Source: Macrostomum lignano
Lineage: Eukaryota
Direction: 5' to 3'
DNA length: 64,000 nt
Assembly: GCA_002269645.1 (NCBI GenBank)
Contig: NIVC01001992.1
Span: 62,001 to 126,000, forward strand
Below are positions 1-12,300 of the stretch, piece after piece (within the stretch, counting starts at the first letter, position 1; each line of letters opens with the position of its first letter). Both the position numbers and the translations under genes were made by a program. Below the pieces are notes generated by a model, which did no database searches, had not been told where the DNA came from, and saw only the letters and a program-made list of their open reading frames with translations.

Positions 1-210
1 CTACGATTGACTTATTTTACTTATGCGGGAGATATAACACTCTACAACAGAATGCTCAATCAGTACAATGTCTATGACTCCGAAATGCATGCGAGTGCAC
101 TGCACTACTTTTTCGATCAAGGCGCCGAAACCGAAAGCAGTGCAGAGGATACTGATAAAGCATCATGTTTAATAGACGTCTCACCATCAATAGATATAGA
201 AAACTGGTAA
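1..210 (+). CDS. 3' end of an unidentified ORF entering from the left edge
   Basis: Frame 1 is open from base 1 (LRLTYFTYAGDITLYNRMLNQ...IDIENW*) to TAA at 208-210. No family recognised. Confidence 0.3.
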   Translation, partial: LRLTYFTYAGDITLYNRMLNQYNVYDSEMHASALHYFFDQGAETESSAEDTDKASCLIDVSPSIDIENW

Positions 211-1319
211 GCAAGCTAAACTGGTAAAAGCCGGCTCATATCAAGTATGCTAAGTGAGACAAAACTTACTATACTGAACTCAAGCGACACAAAATGAACG
301 CACTATTGCACAGTTGACATTATCTGCAATGTGAATAGGCCCAACAGATTAGTATGAGCAATAGAGAAACTGCTAAATGCCAATCTCAATCACTTACATG
401 TACCGGTCAAAATCTGATGGGAAATTGTGAAACCTTGTTTGTGGTGGACATCTGTATGCGCAAGTTACGGCATCCAAAAGTGGCGCGCTGAGTCCCTGAT
501 TTACTGTCAGCCGACAACTTTTTTGATTAACTTAAAGCTCTTCAAGATGAGAAACCGTAGGGGGAGGCAGAGAAGTAAGTCTGTCTGACCCCTGGTTCGA
601 TTCAACATTCCTTTAGGGCTTGTGTGCAGGAACATTGGGGACCCAGGGGTTCGTCGTGCGATTCACAGCCTTGAGGGCCAATTGGGATGATGTTGTTTGA
701 CAACCTCGGCCACTTTAACAAGCTCGAAAGTGCATTCTGGTCAAAATTTCATAATCCACGAAGTCTATCTAACTGTAGTCTCTTTCGCCAATTAAAAGAC
801 TATGGCAATAACCTTGCACACATTTTTGAATTTCTACAGTATATAGAAGCATTGCAGCCACGGACGGTAGCTGACAAGCCGTGTATGTGCATAATATATT
901 GTATTTTTGTTTCAACCGAGACGAACTAGAAATTACGATGGCAAAATTATAGAGATAAAGGATACGGTGCAGCCAGCGGATAGGCATAATAAAAGACCTA
1001 CTGAATTATTAATTGCATTGACGTTTAACATTTTGGCGAATCTTCTTAATTAATAAAAATAGAAACACGAGCAGTTAGACCAAAGTTTATGATTTACCAG
1101 CCAGAAATACTGGCATTGGGGATGCATACACAAAGCAAAGTCATTTCTATGTATAACATAAGTATATTAACCGGCAATAAACAGGCTTGATTGAAGTAAA
1201 ACTACTAAAGCATGTATTTTCTATTCTTATGTTCAAATAACAGTTCAATTAATGCACATTGGCTGTCCAAATTAAAAATGGAATTATTACTTTCAGCTTC
1301 GTTATCGTTTTCTGGCTGA

Positions 1320-1700
1320 GTCATAAAGCCGGATATCCTTGTAGGTTTATTGATTTACTAGGCGGGGTCATAAACCGTATATCCTTGTAGGTTTATTGAT
1401 TTAATAAGGGGGGTCATAAACCCGTATATCCTTGTAGGTTTATCTATTTACTAGGCGGGGTCATAAACCCGGATATCCTTGTAGGTTTATAGATTTAATA
1501 AGGGGCGGGGTCATAAGCCCGTATATCCTTGTAGGTTTATAGATTTAATAAGGGGCGGGGTCATAAGCCCGTATATCCTTGTAGGTTTATCGATTTAATA
1601 AGGGAGGGTCATAAACCCGTACATCCTTGTAGGTTTTATCGATTTTCTTGCTGGGTCATAAACCTACCTGCCCGTGTAGGTTTATTGATTTTCTGGTTGG
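1320..1700. repeat. ~45-50 bp minisatellite, ~8 copies
   Basis: Unit GTCATAAACCCGTATATCCTTGTAGGTTTATTGATTTAATAAGGGGCGGG recurs at about 1320, 1367, 1413, 1459, 1510, 1560, 1609 and 1655. Confidence 0.9.
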
Positions 1701-1899
1701 GACAATTAACACACCTAATTTTTCACCTCAGCTTGTGCAGCACTGCGAGTCTAAGATAAGTGCAATTTCTGGTTTACTAATTAATCACTGACGCTAAATC
1801 CTAACATTGAGTTTGAGTAGATCATGAAATGCCTACACTGTCTTCACAATGACAAACGCTTTCATTCGAAAAGTCAACACATTTCAAAGCAAACGCCTA

Positions 1900-2295
1900 C
1901 TAAAAATTATGAATGCTAAGCCGAAACACGTGATTCACAATGGCGAAATTGCCGCCAAAATTGCGCAATAAAAATGACTCGCAGAAGGCCAACGCCTGTG
2001 GCGAATCGTCCACTTTCAGCTGGCCATTGACAGCGATGAGCACGCCATTCTCCATTGGCTGGTAGTCGGCATTGGTCACCGCAGCGGCGATCCGTTGAAA
2101 CGACAACGACTTGTACTTTTCAAGGATGCCAGCTTTGCCTTGGACCTGGCTACCCTCGTAGGTTAGCATAGCCTGGTCGTGATAGAAGTTCACCAATTGC
2201 TCCTTGTTAGTCTGCAGGGTGCCATAGAATGCCTCGGTGAATTGCTGCCCAATTTGGGCGAAGTTCGGTGGGAATAGACAGGGATTGAGAGCCAT
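1900..2295 (-). CDS. NUTF2: Nuclear transport factor 2 (NTF2), intronless CDS, 131 aa
   Basis: MALNP...IGQQFTEAFY...FYHDQAMLTYEG...QGKAGILEKYKSLSFQ...DYQP...VLIAVNGQLKVD...FRLSIHNF follows the animal NTF2 pattern end to end. ATG at 2295-2293. Confidence 0.93.
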   Translation of the reverse strand: MALNPCLFPPNFAQIGQQFTEAFYGTLQTNKEQLVNFYHDQAMLTYEGSQVQGKAGILEKYKSLSFQRIAAAVTNADYQPMENGVLIAVNGQLKVDDSPQALAFCESFLLRNFGGNFAIVNHVFRLSIHNF

Positions 2296-5040
2296 GCAAT
2301 GATTGGGAAACTTACTCTGCAATTACTGTTGCTAAGCTGACTTTGCAGCTGATGAAAACATGTTGAAAATTAAAAAAAAATTGTATCAGCAAAACAAGAT
2401 TAACACTCATAAAAAATCCATGTAGCTCATAGTCTATGCAGAAATTTAAAAAAGTATTAAGACTTCACCACATTATCAAATCTTGATCTTAGACCTAATT
2501 TCAAGCTTTCAAGGAAAAAGACAAAAAAAACAGTTTAAATCTTTATAAGACATAAAACAAAACAAATTTAGGTTGTCAAAATCAAAGATGATGTTATGAC
2601 ATTCCTATAATATAAAAGGCTAGTGTATAATTTCAGCTTGACTGAGAATTTTTTCTAGACCCATGTTGCATAGCAAGTAGACCTGTATTCCATTTGTTAT
2701 ACCTATGCTTATTAGCTAGGCATGCTTATTCCAAACATTAGAATAGAATATCCATTGCAAGAAGCCTCTTTTTTTGCAAGCATACAGTTTTTCTATAAAT
2801 ATTATTCTTTAATAATATAACTTTATTCAATAAATTTTTATGTTCAATATATAGTTTTAGCATTTTTTCCTTTAACTATTAATAAGAATAAGTTTAATAC
2901 AACCAAAACAGTCAAAACCAATGTAACTATGCTAGAAAAAGTTAGCTTTACTAGGCCTAAAATGCATAAGAAGGCTATAGTATTTTTTTAGTTATACCCA
3001 ATGTCTAATTTCTTTTTCCTTTTATAGTAAACATGATTGAGCATAAAACAAGAAGTTGTTTCTTTACTAAGGGAAATAAGGCTAACTTAAGACAACAAGA
3101 AGTTTGTTAAAACTTTACAAATCTGCATCATACATGTATCAGTGTGGTCTATTAGCCTGTAGAAATTTAGCCACTAATCATATATATTTATTCAATTAAT
3201 ATAAAGATTGGTTAAAAGTTGAAATAGTTTATTGTTAGAGCCTAGCCTATTTTATAATGACATTTTATGTTAGAACTTACTATTTAGGTTTATATTTAAA
3301 AAATAAAAACTTGCACAATATGCATCAGATATTATATACTAGAAATTTCAATGGTAAAGGCCAATTTGACTATAGATCTTGACTCAATGCTTTATTAGGG
3401 CTATTTAGGCCTACACAATATTTGTTTTAGTGAAAAATATGAAATTGTTGAATTGTCAATATGATAGATTATTAATTTATTAGTAGGTTTTCTAGACTAG
3501 ATAATTATCTGCCAAAACATATAAAGCCTAGCTCAATTAGGGATTTTGAGCAATGGCTTAGTTTCCCTTCTCCTATTTTAATACCAAATTTTAAACAAAC
3601 AAACCAAAATAAGTTTACTAAAATGCACCATGAGTCAAAGTTTAAAGATATATATGTCCTAAGTATGCTTTAGTAAACTTGTTTTGGTTCATTTATTTAA
3701 AATTTATTGTCAAAATAATTTAATGCAGGAAACTAAAAAATAAGATATTGCCAGATTTTGCATATTTGATATACAAAAAATCTTGGATTTGGCTGTTGCC
3801 TGTTATATTGCCATATATAGTGATTTCCCAAAAGATATTTAGATAGACGATTCAAATAAAGGAGTAGGCCTATTCTGTTTAACAAAGATATTCAATGCAG
3901 ACTGTATTTTAGCCATTTTTGTACACATCTGGGAACTTTCTTTTGATCCAAAAGTTTTCATTTTTTTATGGTTGAATTGAAGAAAAAAATGCCAAATACT
4001 ACAGTTTAGCAACACAAAAGTTTGCAGTGTTACTACTCTGCTTTAAGTTTAAAAGGAATTTTCTGAACTTTATAAAGATCTTTTTGAACAGAAAATAATT
4101 TCTACACCTTTATATGCCTATCTCATCAACAACAATATATTACACATATAATATTGTGCTGACTCTAGGCCTATAGACATTTTTGTGTTTAAAGCATGCT
4201 TGCATATTTTCTGCTCAACTCTAAGTCAAAAAATAAATTCCTGCTCTGCTAAAAGTATTTGCTTTTAATTGACATTGCGAGTGCTACTCGTCAATGTTTA
4301 TATTTGGCAAAAATTGCACTAGAATTGTGTCTGGACTAAAACAAAAAAGGCTCTAATAATACTTCAGATATTTTTTTCACTAGGCTACACGGCATTGATT
4401 TCTTTTGTCTCTGAGTCCTAAATATCAGTTACATATATTTACGCATGTCTTAACTTTAAAATGAAGCCTTGGACACCTAAAATTACTGAAAAGTTTTTCC
4501 TATATACAAAAGCAAACAATATCTTTGTTAAACAGAATACTTCTTTATTTGAATCATCCGTCTAAATATCTGTCAGGAAATCACTACATTAGGGGCCTAT
4601 TGCTATAGGTATAGTCCTAGATGGGCTGCTGTGTGTTGCAATATCCAAAACTAGTATGAATACTGCTAGGCCTAGAAGAATGCTAGGTAGGATAGCAGTG
4701 TATAATATAATATAATGTAATCCAAACAAAAGCCAAAGTATTTGGCCTTGGCCTTTTGCTTACTTAACAATATAGATTATAGTTAAGTTATAAAGTCTTA
4801 AAAGTTAAATTACTTTAAATTGGGCAATATAAATAATAAATGCAGTAGGGCCTATGCATTCGACCTTGACTTGAGGGTCAAATAAAACAATCATTTGAAG
4901 TTTAATCAACTAAAATTGCTTTGTGGTAGCCAAGTGTTACAAATGTTATTAATAACGACGCCTAGGCCTATGATAATTAATCTGATTGCTGTGCCGTTGA
5001 CGATCAAACGACGCTTGCTGGACTACTACTGACTGTGTAC

Positions 5041-5041
<1 letters not shown>

Positions 5042-5071
<30 letters not shown>
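5042..5071. repeat. (AGT)n microsatellite
   Basis: Direct read: about 10 AGT units. Confidence 0.95.
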
Positions 5072-5072
<1 letters not shown>

Positions 5073-6375
5073 AGTTGGCTCAGGCAAGAAGCCTGTTTGG
5101 CCAATATACGAAACTCAAACGTGCGCAAACTTGAATTAGTACCTAAACGATTTATTTATAATAACGTATCAATATTTTAAAAGCAATTTATGGTGTATAT
5201 ATCCATGTAAAAGCAAACGGCAGACATTTTCTATATTACCTCAATGAAATTACAACAAGAGCAACAAATTTTCTGTGTGAATGTTTGGCTATAAATATTT
5301 AACATGTAATCGATATATAATACTTTTCCAAGCTGCATGTATTTCTTTATGCCTTGTTTTACATGCCTGCTACTACATATAGTAGACATGTTATCGTTTT
5401 TACAGATTTATGTATGATAAACGCTTTTTGCTAATATTTTTCTTTTCTTTTACATTGTTGTAGACTTGTAGACAGAAGCAACTAAAGAATCGATAAAGGT
5501 CTATTATAGACAGTATAGTCTCAATGAAACTTTGCCCATCAGAGATCGGACCAAAAATTTTAAAATATGGTCAGTCAGCCGATAAATGTTTTGCTTATTG
5601 TGTTTTCATTTTTGACTTCAATGCTTCAATCTTTTGGACTATGATTTTAATTGTAGCTAATAACTTATAACTATAAACTTTAATTTATACTTTAAATATG
5701 CAAATAAAGTTTTATAAAATCTATTTAGTAGGCTAGACCCTAAGCACTTATTTCAAGTTTTATCCAACAAGTAAAAACGAGTTTCTAGGACCACAGAAAC
5801 TCCAGATTTGAAATACTCTATTTAATAATTTGAACATTAATATCATACCTTGTGAAATTATTCGTAATAGTACCAAGTATTAAGTCAAAGAACTTACAGT
5901 TTAGCTTAGAATTGTAACTTAGTACAATTAGAATTAGATGGCTTATATATTTGTGATCTTTAGGTATTGTAGGCCTATAGCCTTCAGTGGCTTGCAATTA
6001 ATAATTTTAAGCAAGGTAAAGAAAGAAAGTAAAGTTTATTATTTTATCTTATTCTTATACACAGGCAAATAGTACATAAGGGGCATTGGGAGATGCGCAT
6101 CAGTTAGTGTGAGTGAGCCTAGTAGATCTCCCTGGCTTAGCAAGCTAGCTAGCTAATTGTATAAAGCCACCAACCAACCACCTAACTAGGTAGCTTAGAG
6201 ATTTAAGTATGGCTGCATTAGTACTCACAGGCCATATGCAGTTTAGCTACCATTAGCTTATAATGATCAAATTGCAAAGCTTATTATTTTGCATTTTTTC
6301 TGCACTTGTTAGGCTTCAGACTCTTCAGCAGCAGTAAGTGAATGATATAGCCAGGGAATTCTAGCCCAATGCCCA

Positions 6376-9300
6376 ATGCCTAAGGCAGCAAAGTCAGGCA
6401 TTGGGAGGCAGGAAACTGATTCCCTAGTTGCTAGCCTTCCATCTGCAGCAGGAGCAGATGCAACTGCTGGCAGCTATCAAGCATTTGCACCTGCACCTCG
6501 GCCAGTGGGTTTGGATTCTGAAGATAGCGCCGCAGAAGAAGAGACAGAAGATGCAGCAGCATCAGTTGGACTGCTTAGGGATCAGACAGCCAAGTTTCCT
6601 GGCACTGCACACTCAGGTAAGTCTGTTGGCAATGTTGGCTGTGACTCTATGGAGCTGGATCTACGCTCGTAAATTGGCATAACTTAGCTATATAATATGT
6701 AGCCCCCTCTCTGCCACAAGTTGCCCTGTTACCCTTTCTGATAATTCCAGTAAACCTTAGCTTCAATGCTTGTATAATTCTTCTGACAACAGACATTCTC
6801 AAATTTCTTTCGTTTGGTCTGGTATCACATTTACTCTGTTATTAAAGGCTGTGCAATATCTCTAAACTATATAGTGCCAGCACAAACTCCAACTATTGTA
6901 GATTCTGCCCCTAGCAGACCTATTAACCTATCATTAATGCAAAACTTTTTTCGTGTAAGATTCTCTAGGCACCACTTATATTACAGATGCCCTAATCAGA
7001 CGCTAAATAAAACTCACCTGGAAAATATGTAAATCCTGCTATGCGTATTTGGTTATATGAATCTTGCTGTAAAGTATGCCAGCTGGAGTTGTGAGGATTT
7101 TTGGTGAGGACATGGACAATTAAAGTAGGATGCTACACTCGACTTTCTTAGAAACGAACTGTAGGCAGGTAAGGAACGAGTGCAGAGTCCTACTTCAGTT
7201 GTTTATCGACCGTGAAGATTGAAAATCAACGAATAAAGCTGACAGCTGGCACTATGTGATTATTGCATACCAGACACTGGAGCCACTGGCGACGGCCAAT
7301 ACGACGACTTTGAAACCATCGACTGGCTGAAGGACATCGGCAGGCACAGGCGGCGCCGGAGGGAGCTGCTGAGGCGAGCGAGGGAGACCTGGCGGGGTCG
7401 CCTGACAGTCCTTGTTGACGGCCTCTCCGGATGGCTGTGCGTTGGCCTGATCGCGATTGCTGCCGGTGAGGTGTGATGGCTGCCGGTGAGGGGTGATGGC
7501 TGCTGGTGAGGGGTGATGGCTGCCGGTGAGGGGTGATGGCTGCTGGTGAGGAGTGATGGCTGCCGGTGAGGGGTGATGGCTGCCGGTGAGGGGTGATGGC
7601 TGCCGGTGAGGGGTGATGGCTGCTGGTGAGGAGTGATGGCTGCCGGTGAGGGGTGATGGCTGCCGGTGAGGGGTGATGGCTGCCGGTGAGGGGTGATGGC
7701 TGCCGGTGAGGGGTGATGGCTGCCGGTGAGGGGTGATGGCTGCCGGTGAGGAGTGATGGCTGCCGGTGAGGGGTGATGGCTGCCGGTGAGGGGTGATGGC
7801 TGCCGGTGAGGGGTGATGGCTGCCGGTGAGGGGTGATGGCTGCCGGTGAGGGGTGATGGCTGCTGGTGAGGGGTGATGGCTGCCGGTGACGGGTGATGGC
7901 TGCTGGTGAGGGGTGATGGCTGCTGGTGAGGAGTGATGGCTGCTGGTGAGGAGTGATGGCTGCCGGTGAGGGGTGATGACTGCCGGTGAGGGGTGATGGC
8001 TGCAGCCTGCCGGTGAGTTGTGATGGCTGATGGTGAGGAGTGATGGCTGCCGGTGAGGAGTGATGGCTGCCGGTGAGGAGTGATGGCTGCCGGTGAGGGG
8101 TGATGGCTGCCGGTGAGGGGTGATGGCTGCCGGTGAGGGGTGATGGCTGCCGGTGACGGGTGATGGCTGCTGGTGAGGGGTGATGGCTGCTGGTGAGGAG
8201 TGATGGCTGCTGGTGAGGGGTGATGACTGCCGGTGAGGGGTGATGGCTGCAGCCTGCCGGTGAGTTGTGATGGCTGATGGTGAGGAGTGATGGCTGCCGG
8301 TGAGGAGTGATGGCTGCCGGTGAGGGGTGATGGCTGCTGGTGAGGAGTGATGGCTGCCGGTGAGGGGTGATGGCTGCCGGTGAGGGGTGATGGCTGCCGG
8401 TGAGGGGTGATGGCTGCCGGTGAGGAGTGATGGCTGCCGGTGAGCATTGCAAGCAACTCCAACTCCTGCTCAGGTCTCGTGGCCGGCATAGTGGATGTTG
8501 GCACGGCCTGGATGTCTGACCTGCGCGAAGGAATCTGCCCCGGTGCATTCTGGCTGAACCGGGAGCAGTGCTGCTGGTCGGCGAATGACACTGCAATGGA
8601 CGCAGCCAATGAAGAGGCGGCTTGTCAACAGGTGGGGTATTACTCCAGGCAGTAATATTGCAACTAATTTTGTTTTAATTCAATTAAAACTATGAGATTA
8701 GTTGCGTCCTACGGTACTGAGTACTGAGATCATCAAATCAACACCCGAGCTAGCTCCCATCCAATCAGCACCCGAGCTAGCTCCCATCCAATCAGCATCA
8801 AACTGGCTCCCACCCAATCAGCATTGAACTAGCTCCCATCCAATCACCATCCGAGCTAGCTCCCATCCAATCAGCATCAAACTGGCTCCCACCCAATCAG
8901 CATTGAACTAGCTCCCATCCAATCAGCATCGAACTAGCTCCCATCCAATCAGCATCAAACTGGCTCCCATCCAATCAGCATTGAACTAGCTCCCATGCAA
9001 TCAACATCAAACTGGGTCCCATCCAATCAGCATTGAACTAGCTCCCATCCAATCAGCATCGAACTAGCTCCCATCCAATCAGCATCGAACTAGCTCCCAT
9101 CCAATCAGCATCGAAATAGCTCCCATTCCAATCAGCATCGAACTAGCTCCCATCCAATCAGCATCGAAATAGCTCCCATTCCAATCAGCATCGAACTAGC
9201 TCCCATCCAGTCAGCATTGAACTAGCTCCCATCCAGTCAGAATCCGAGCTAGCTCCCATATAATAGGCATCCGAACTAGCTCTCGTCCAATCAGCATCGA

Positions 9301-12300
9301 GCCATCTTCTATCCAATCAAAGCTGATGTTCCGCATTATTTTCCAGTGGTATCCTTGGCCGGAGCTATTTTTCGATGCGAGCGCCACATATCCGCAGAAC
9401 TATGCACTGCAGTACTCGCTGTACGTCACCTGGTCTCTTCTGTTTGCCCTGCTGACTGCCACTCTGGTCCGCAGCCTGGCCCCGTACGCCTGCGGCTCGG
9501 GCATCCCGGAGATTAAGACCATCCTATCCGGATTTGTCATTCGCGGCTACCTGGGCTGGTGGACTCTGCTAGTGAAATCTCTGGGTATTATGCTGGCCGT
9601 GGCATCGGGCCTCAGCCTGGGCAAGGAGGGCCCCATGGTGCACATGGCGGCCTGCTGTGGCAACATCATAGCCAGGCTGTTTCCCAAGTACAACCGCAAC
9701 GAGGCCAAGAAGCGGGAGGTTCTGTCGGCCGCGGCGGCAGCCGGGGTGAGCATCGCATTCGGTGCCCCGCTTGGCGGCGTGCTGTTCAGCCTTGAAGAGG
9801 CCAGCTACTATTTCCCACTGAAGACTCTGTGGCGCAGCTTCTTCTGCAGCATGGTGGCAGCTTCGGTGCTGAAGCTGGTTAATCCGTTTGGCAACGATCA
9901 TCTCGTGCTGTTCGCTGTCAATTACCGCTCCGCATGGTCGGCCCTGGAGGTTGGCCCGTTTGTACTTTTAGGCATTCTGGGCGGCCTGTTTGGGGCCGGT
10001 TTTGTCAAAGCGAACGTCTGGCTGTGCCGAAGGCGGAAGCTGGGAGCGCTAGGGCGACACCCCATCGCTGAGGTTGGTTTGAAGGATCAGATGCTTTATC
10101 TTTCGTGTGTTCGTAGCGTCATTCAGGTGCTTCATCATCCAGATGCTTCATCATTCAGATGCTTCATCATTCAGATGCTTCATCATTCAGATGCTTCATC
10201 ATTCAGATGCTTTATCATTCAGATGCTTTATCATTCAGATGCTTCATCATTCAGATACTTCATCATTCAGATGCTTCATCATCTAGATGCTTCATCATTC
10301 AGATGCTTCATCATTCAGATGCTTCATCATCCAGATGCTTCATCATTCAGGTGCTTTATCTTTCGTGTGTTCGTAGCGTCATTCAGGTGCTTCATCATCC
10401 AGATGCTTCATCATTCAGGTGCTTCATCATCCAGATGCTTCATCATTCAGATGCTTCATCATTCAGATGCTTCATCATTCAGATGCTTCATCATTCAGAT
10501 GCTTCATCATTCAGATGCTTCATCATTCAGATGCTTTATCATTCAGATGCTTCATCATTCAGATGCTTCATCATTCAGATGCTTCATCATTCAGATGCTT
10601 CATCATTCAGATGCTTCATCATTCAGATGCTTCATCATTCAGATGCTTTGTCTGATTGATGTGATTTTAAATAATGTCCGTTTCTTTCTACTCACTCGCA
10701 GGCAGTAGAGAAAACAGCATTTGAAAATCAGCCAATTCACTTTACCAGGTGGCAGCAGTGGCCAGCCTCACAGCCCTGGCGGCCTTCCCTAATCCCTATA
10801 CCCGGATGGGGACGGCCCGCCTTGTCCGCCTGCTCTTCAGCCGCTGCGGTCCCGAGGATGTCAGCGAACTGTGTGACTTTGGCGCCGTGGCGGTCAACGG
10901 TACGGCGACAACTGGCACAGGCGCCGCCGTCGTGGTGGCCGGCGATGCCCGCCTTGATGCAGCCTTGTGGAAGCTGAGCATTGCCTACCTGTTCAAAATT
11001 GTGGCCACCGTGTTCACCTTTGGCATTAAGGTGATTCAGAAAATTTTGCCTTTATAAAGTATTTAACACAACATATCGTCTGAAAACTTGGCAATTTGGT
11101 ATCGAAATTTATTACATACTGATGTCCTGTTTACACTACTGCCGATTTAGTGCAAGTAGTAGCAGAAGAACTAGAGCTAAAGTTCAAAGAAAAGTTTTTA
11201 TTAAAATTTAAATTAAAAACACACTCATTGTCACAGGAAGATGCAGTATGAACATGATAGAGCGGTCACAAAGAATGTCCATTCGCTTTTCAAGGCAAGC
11301 CCTGTTCATGTATATTAAGTAGCCCCTGACCGTTGCTGCCCACAACTGTCCAATCCGTGTTTATTTAGTAGTCCCTGACCCACCCTTCACCTCCAATCCA
11401 TGTTCATTTAGTTCCTGACCGCCCTGCTCATCTCTTCAATCCAGGTCTATTTAATAGTCCCTGACTGCCCTCTTTACCTCTTCAGTCTATGTTTATTTAG
11501 GAGTCCCTGACCGCCCTCTTTACCTCTCTAATCCATGTTTATTTAGTAGTCCCTGACCGCCCTCTTCACCTCTCCAATCCATGTTTGTTTAGTAGTCCTT
11601 GAGCGTCAGGTTTTAAATCCATGTCTGCATGTATTTAGTAGTCCTTGACGTCCCCTCTGCCCGCAGGTCCCCTCCGGCCTGTTCATTCCCTCCCTGGCTG
11701 TCGGTGCCATCGCCGGTCGCATTGTTGGCAGCCTGCTCGAGCAGCTGGCCGCGCCCAACGCCGCCTATTTCCCATTCAACCGGTTGTGCAGCGCGGCCGC
11801 GGTGGCGCAGGGCCAGCCGTGTGTCAACAGCGGCCTGTACGCCATGGTGGGCGCAGCGGCCGCTCTTGGCGGCGTGACCCGCATGACGCTGTCTCTGGTG
11901 GCCATCATGCTGGAGCTGACCGGCGGCCTTGAGTACAGCCTGCCGCTGATGATCGCCGCCCTCACCAGCAAGTGGGTCGGCGACGGCCTCAGCGGCGGCG
12001 GCGGCATCTACGAGGCGCACATCCGGCTGAACGGCTACCCGTTCCTGGCCAGCTGGGAGCGGCCGGCAGCCGATGCGGCAGCCGCTGACGTGGACGACGC
12101 TTCCGCCCTTGCTGGCGACGTGATGCGCCGGCCGTTGCGGGTGCTGCGCCAGGCTGAAGACACTGTCGACGAGATCAACCGGCTGCTGGCCGAGTGCCAA
12201 GTGAACGGCTTTCCGGTGGTGCTATCAGCCGATTATCACTATCTGATAGGATTTGTTACTAGGCGGGATCTGGTGATGGCCATTGGTGAGGCTTTCAATG

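Noticed and set aside
1320-1700. Hairpin-containing regular repeat resembling a CRISPR array
   Set aside because: Units are contiguous with no unique spacers, there are no cas genes, and the context is eukaryotic. The same applies to all other arrays in the window.
7152-7168. Possible micro-exon ending GCAG|GTAAGG in CLC intron 1
   Set aside because: 17 nt is not frame-preserving, and exon 1 joins exon 2 in frame without it; it could only be an alternative 5' UTR exon.
7226-8609. Two ~450-aa minus-strand ORFs ([15 protein letters not shown] repeats)
   Set aside because: They are translations of the 20-bp intronic minisatellite, antisense to the CLC gene, with no independent coding signal.
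10073-10708. C-terminal [16 protein letters not shown] extension of the 9326 ORF, and ORFs 10159 and 10419
   Set aside because: Read-through into the intron-4 repeat; the true exon ends at donor 10073 and CLC homology resumes at 10749.
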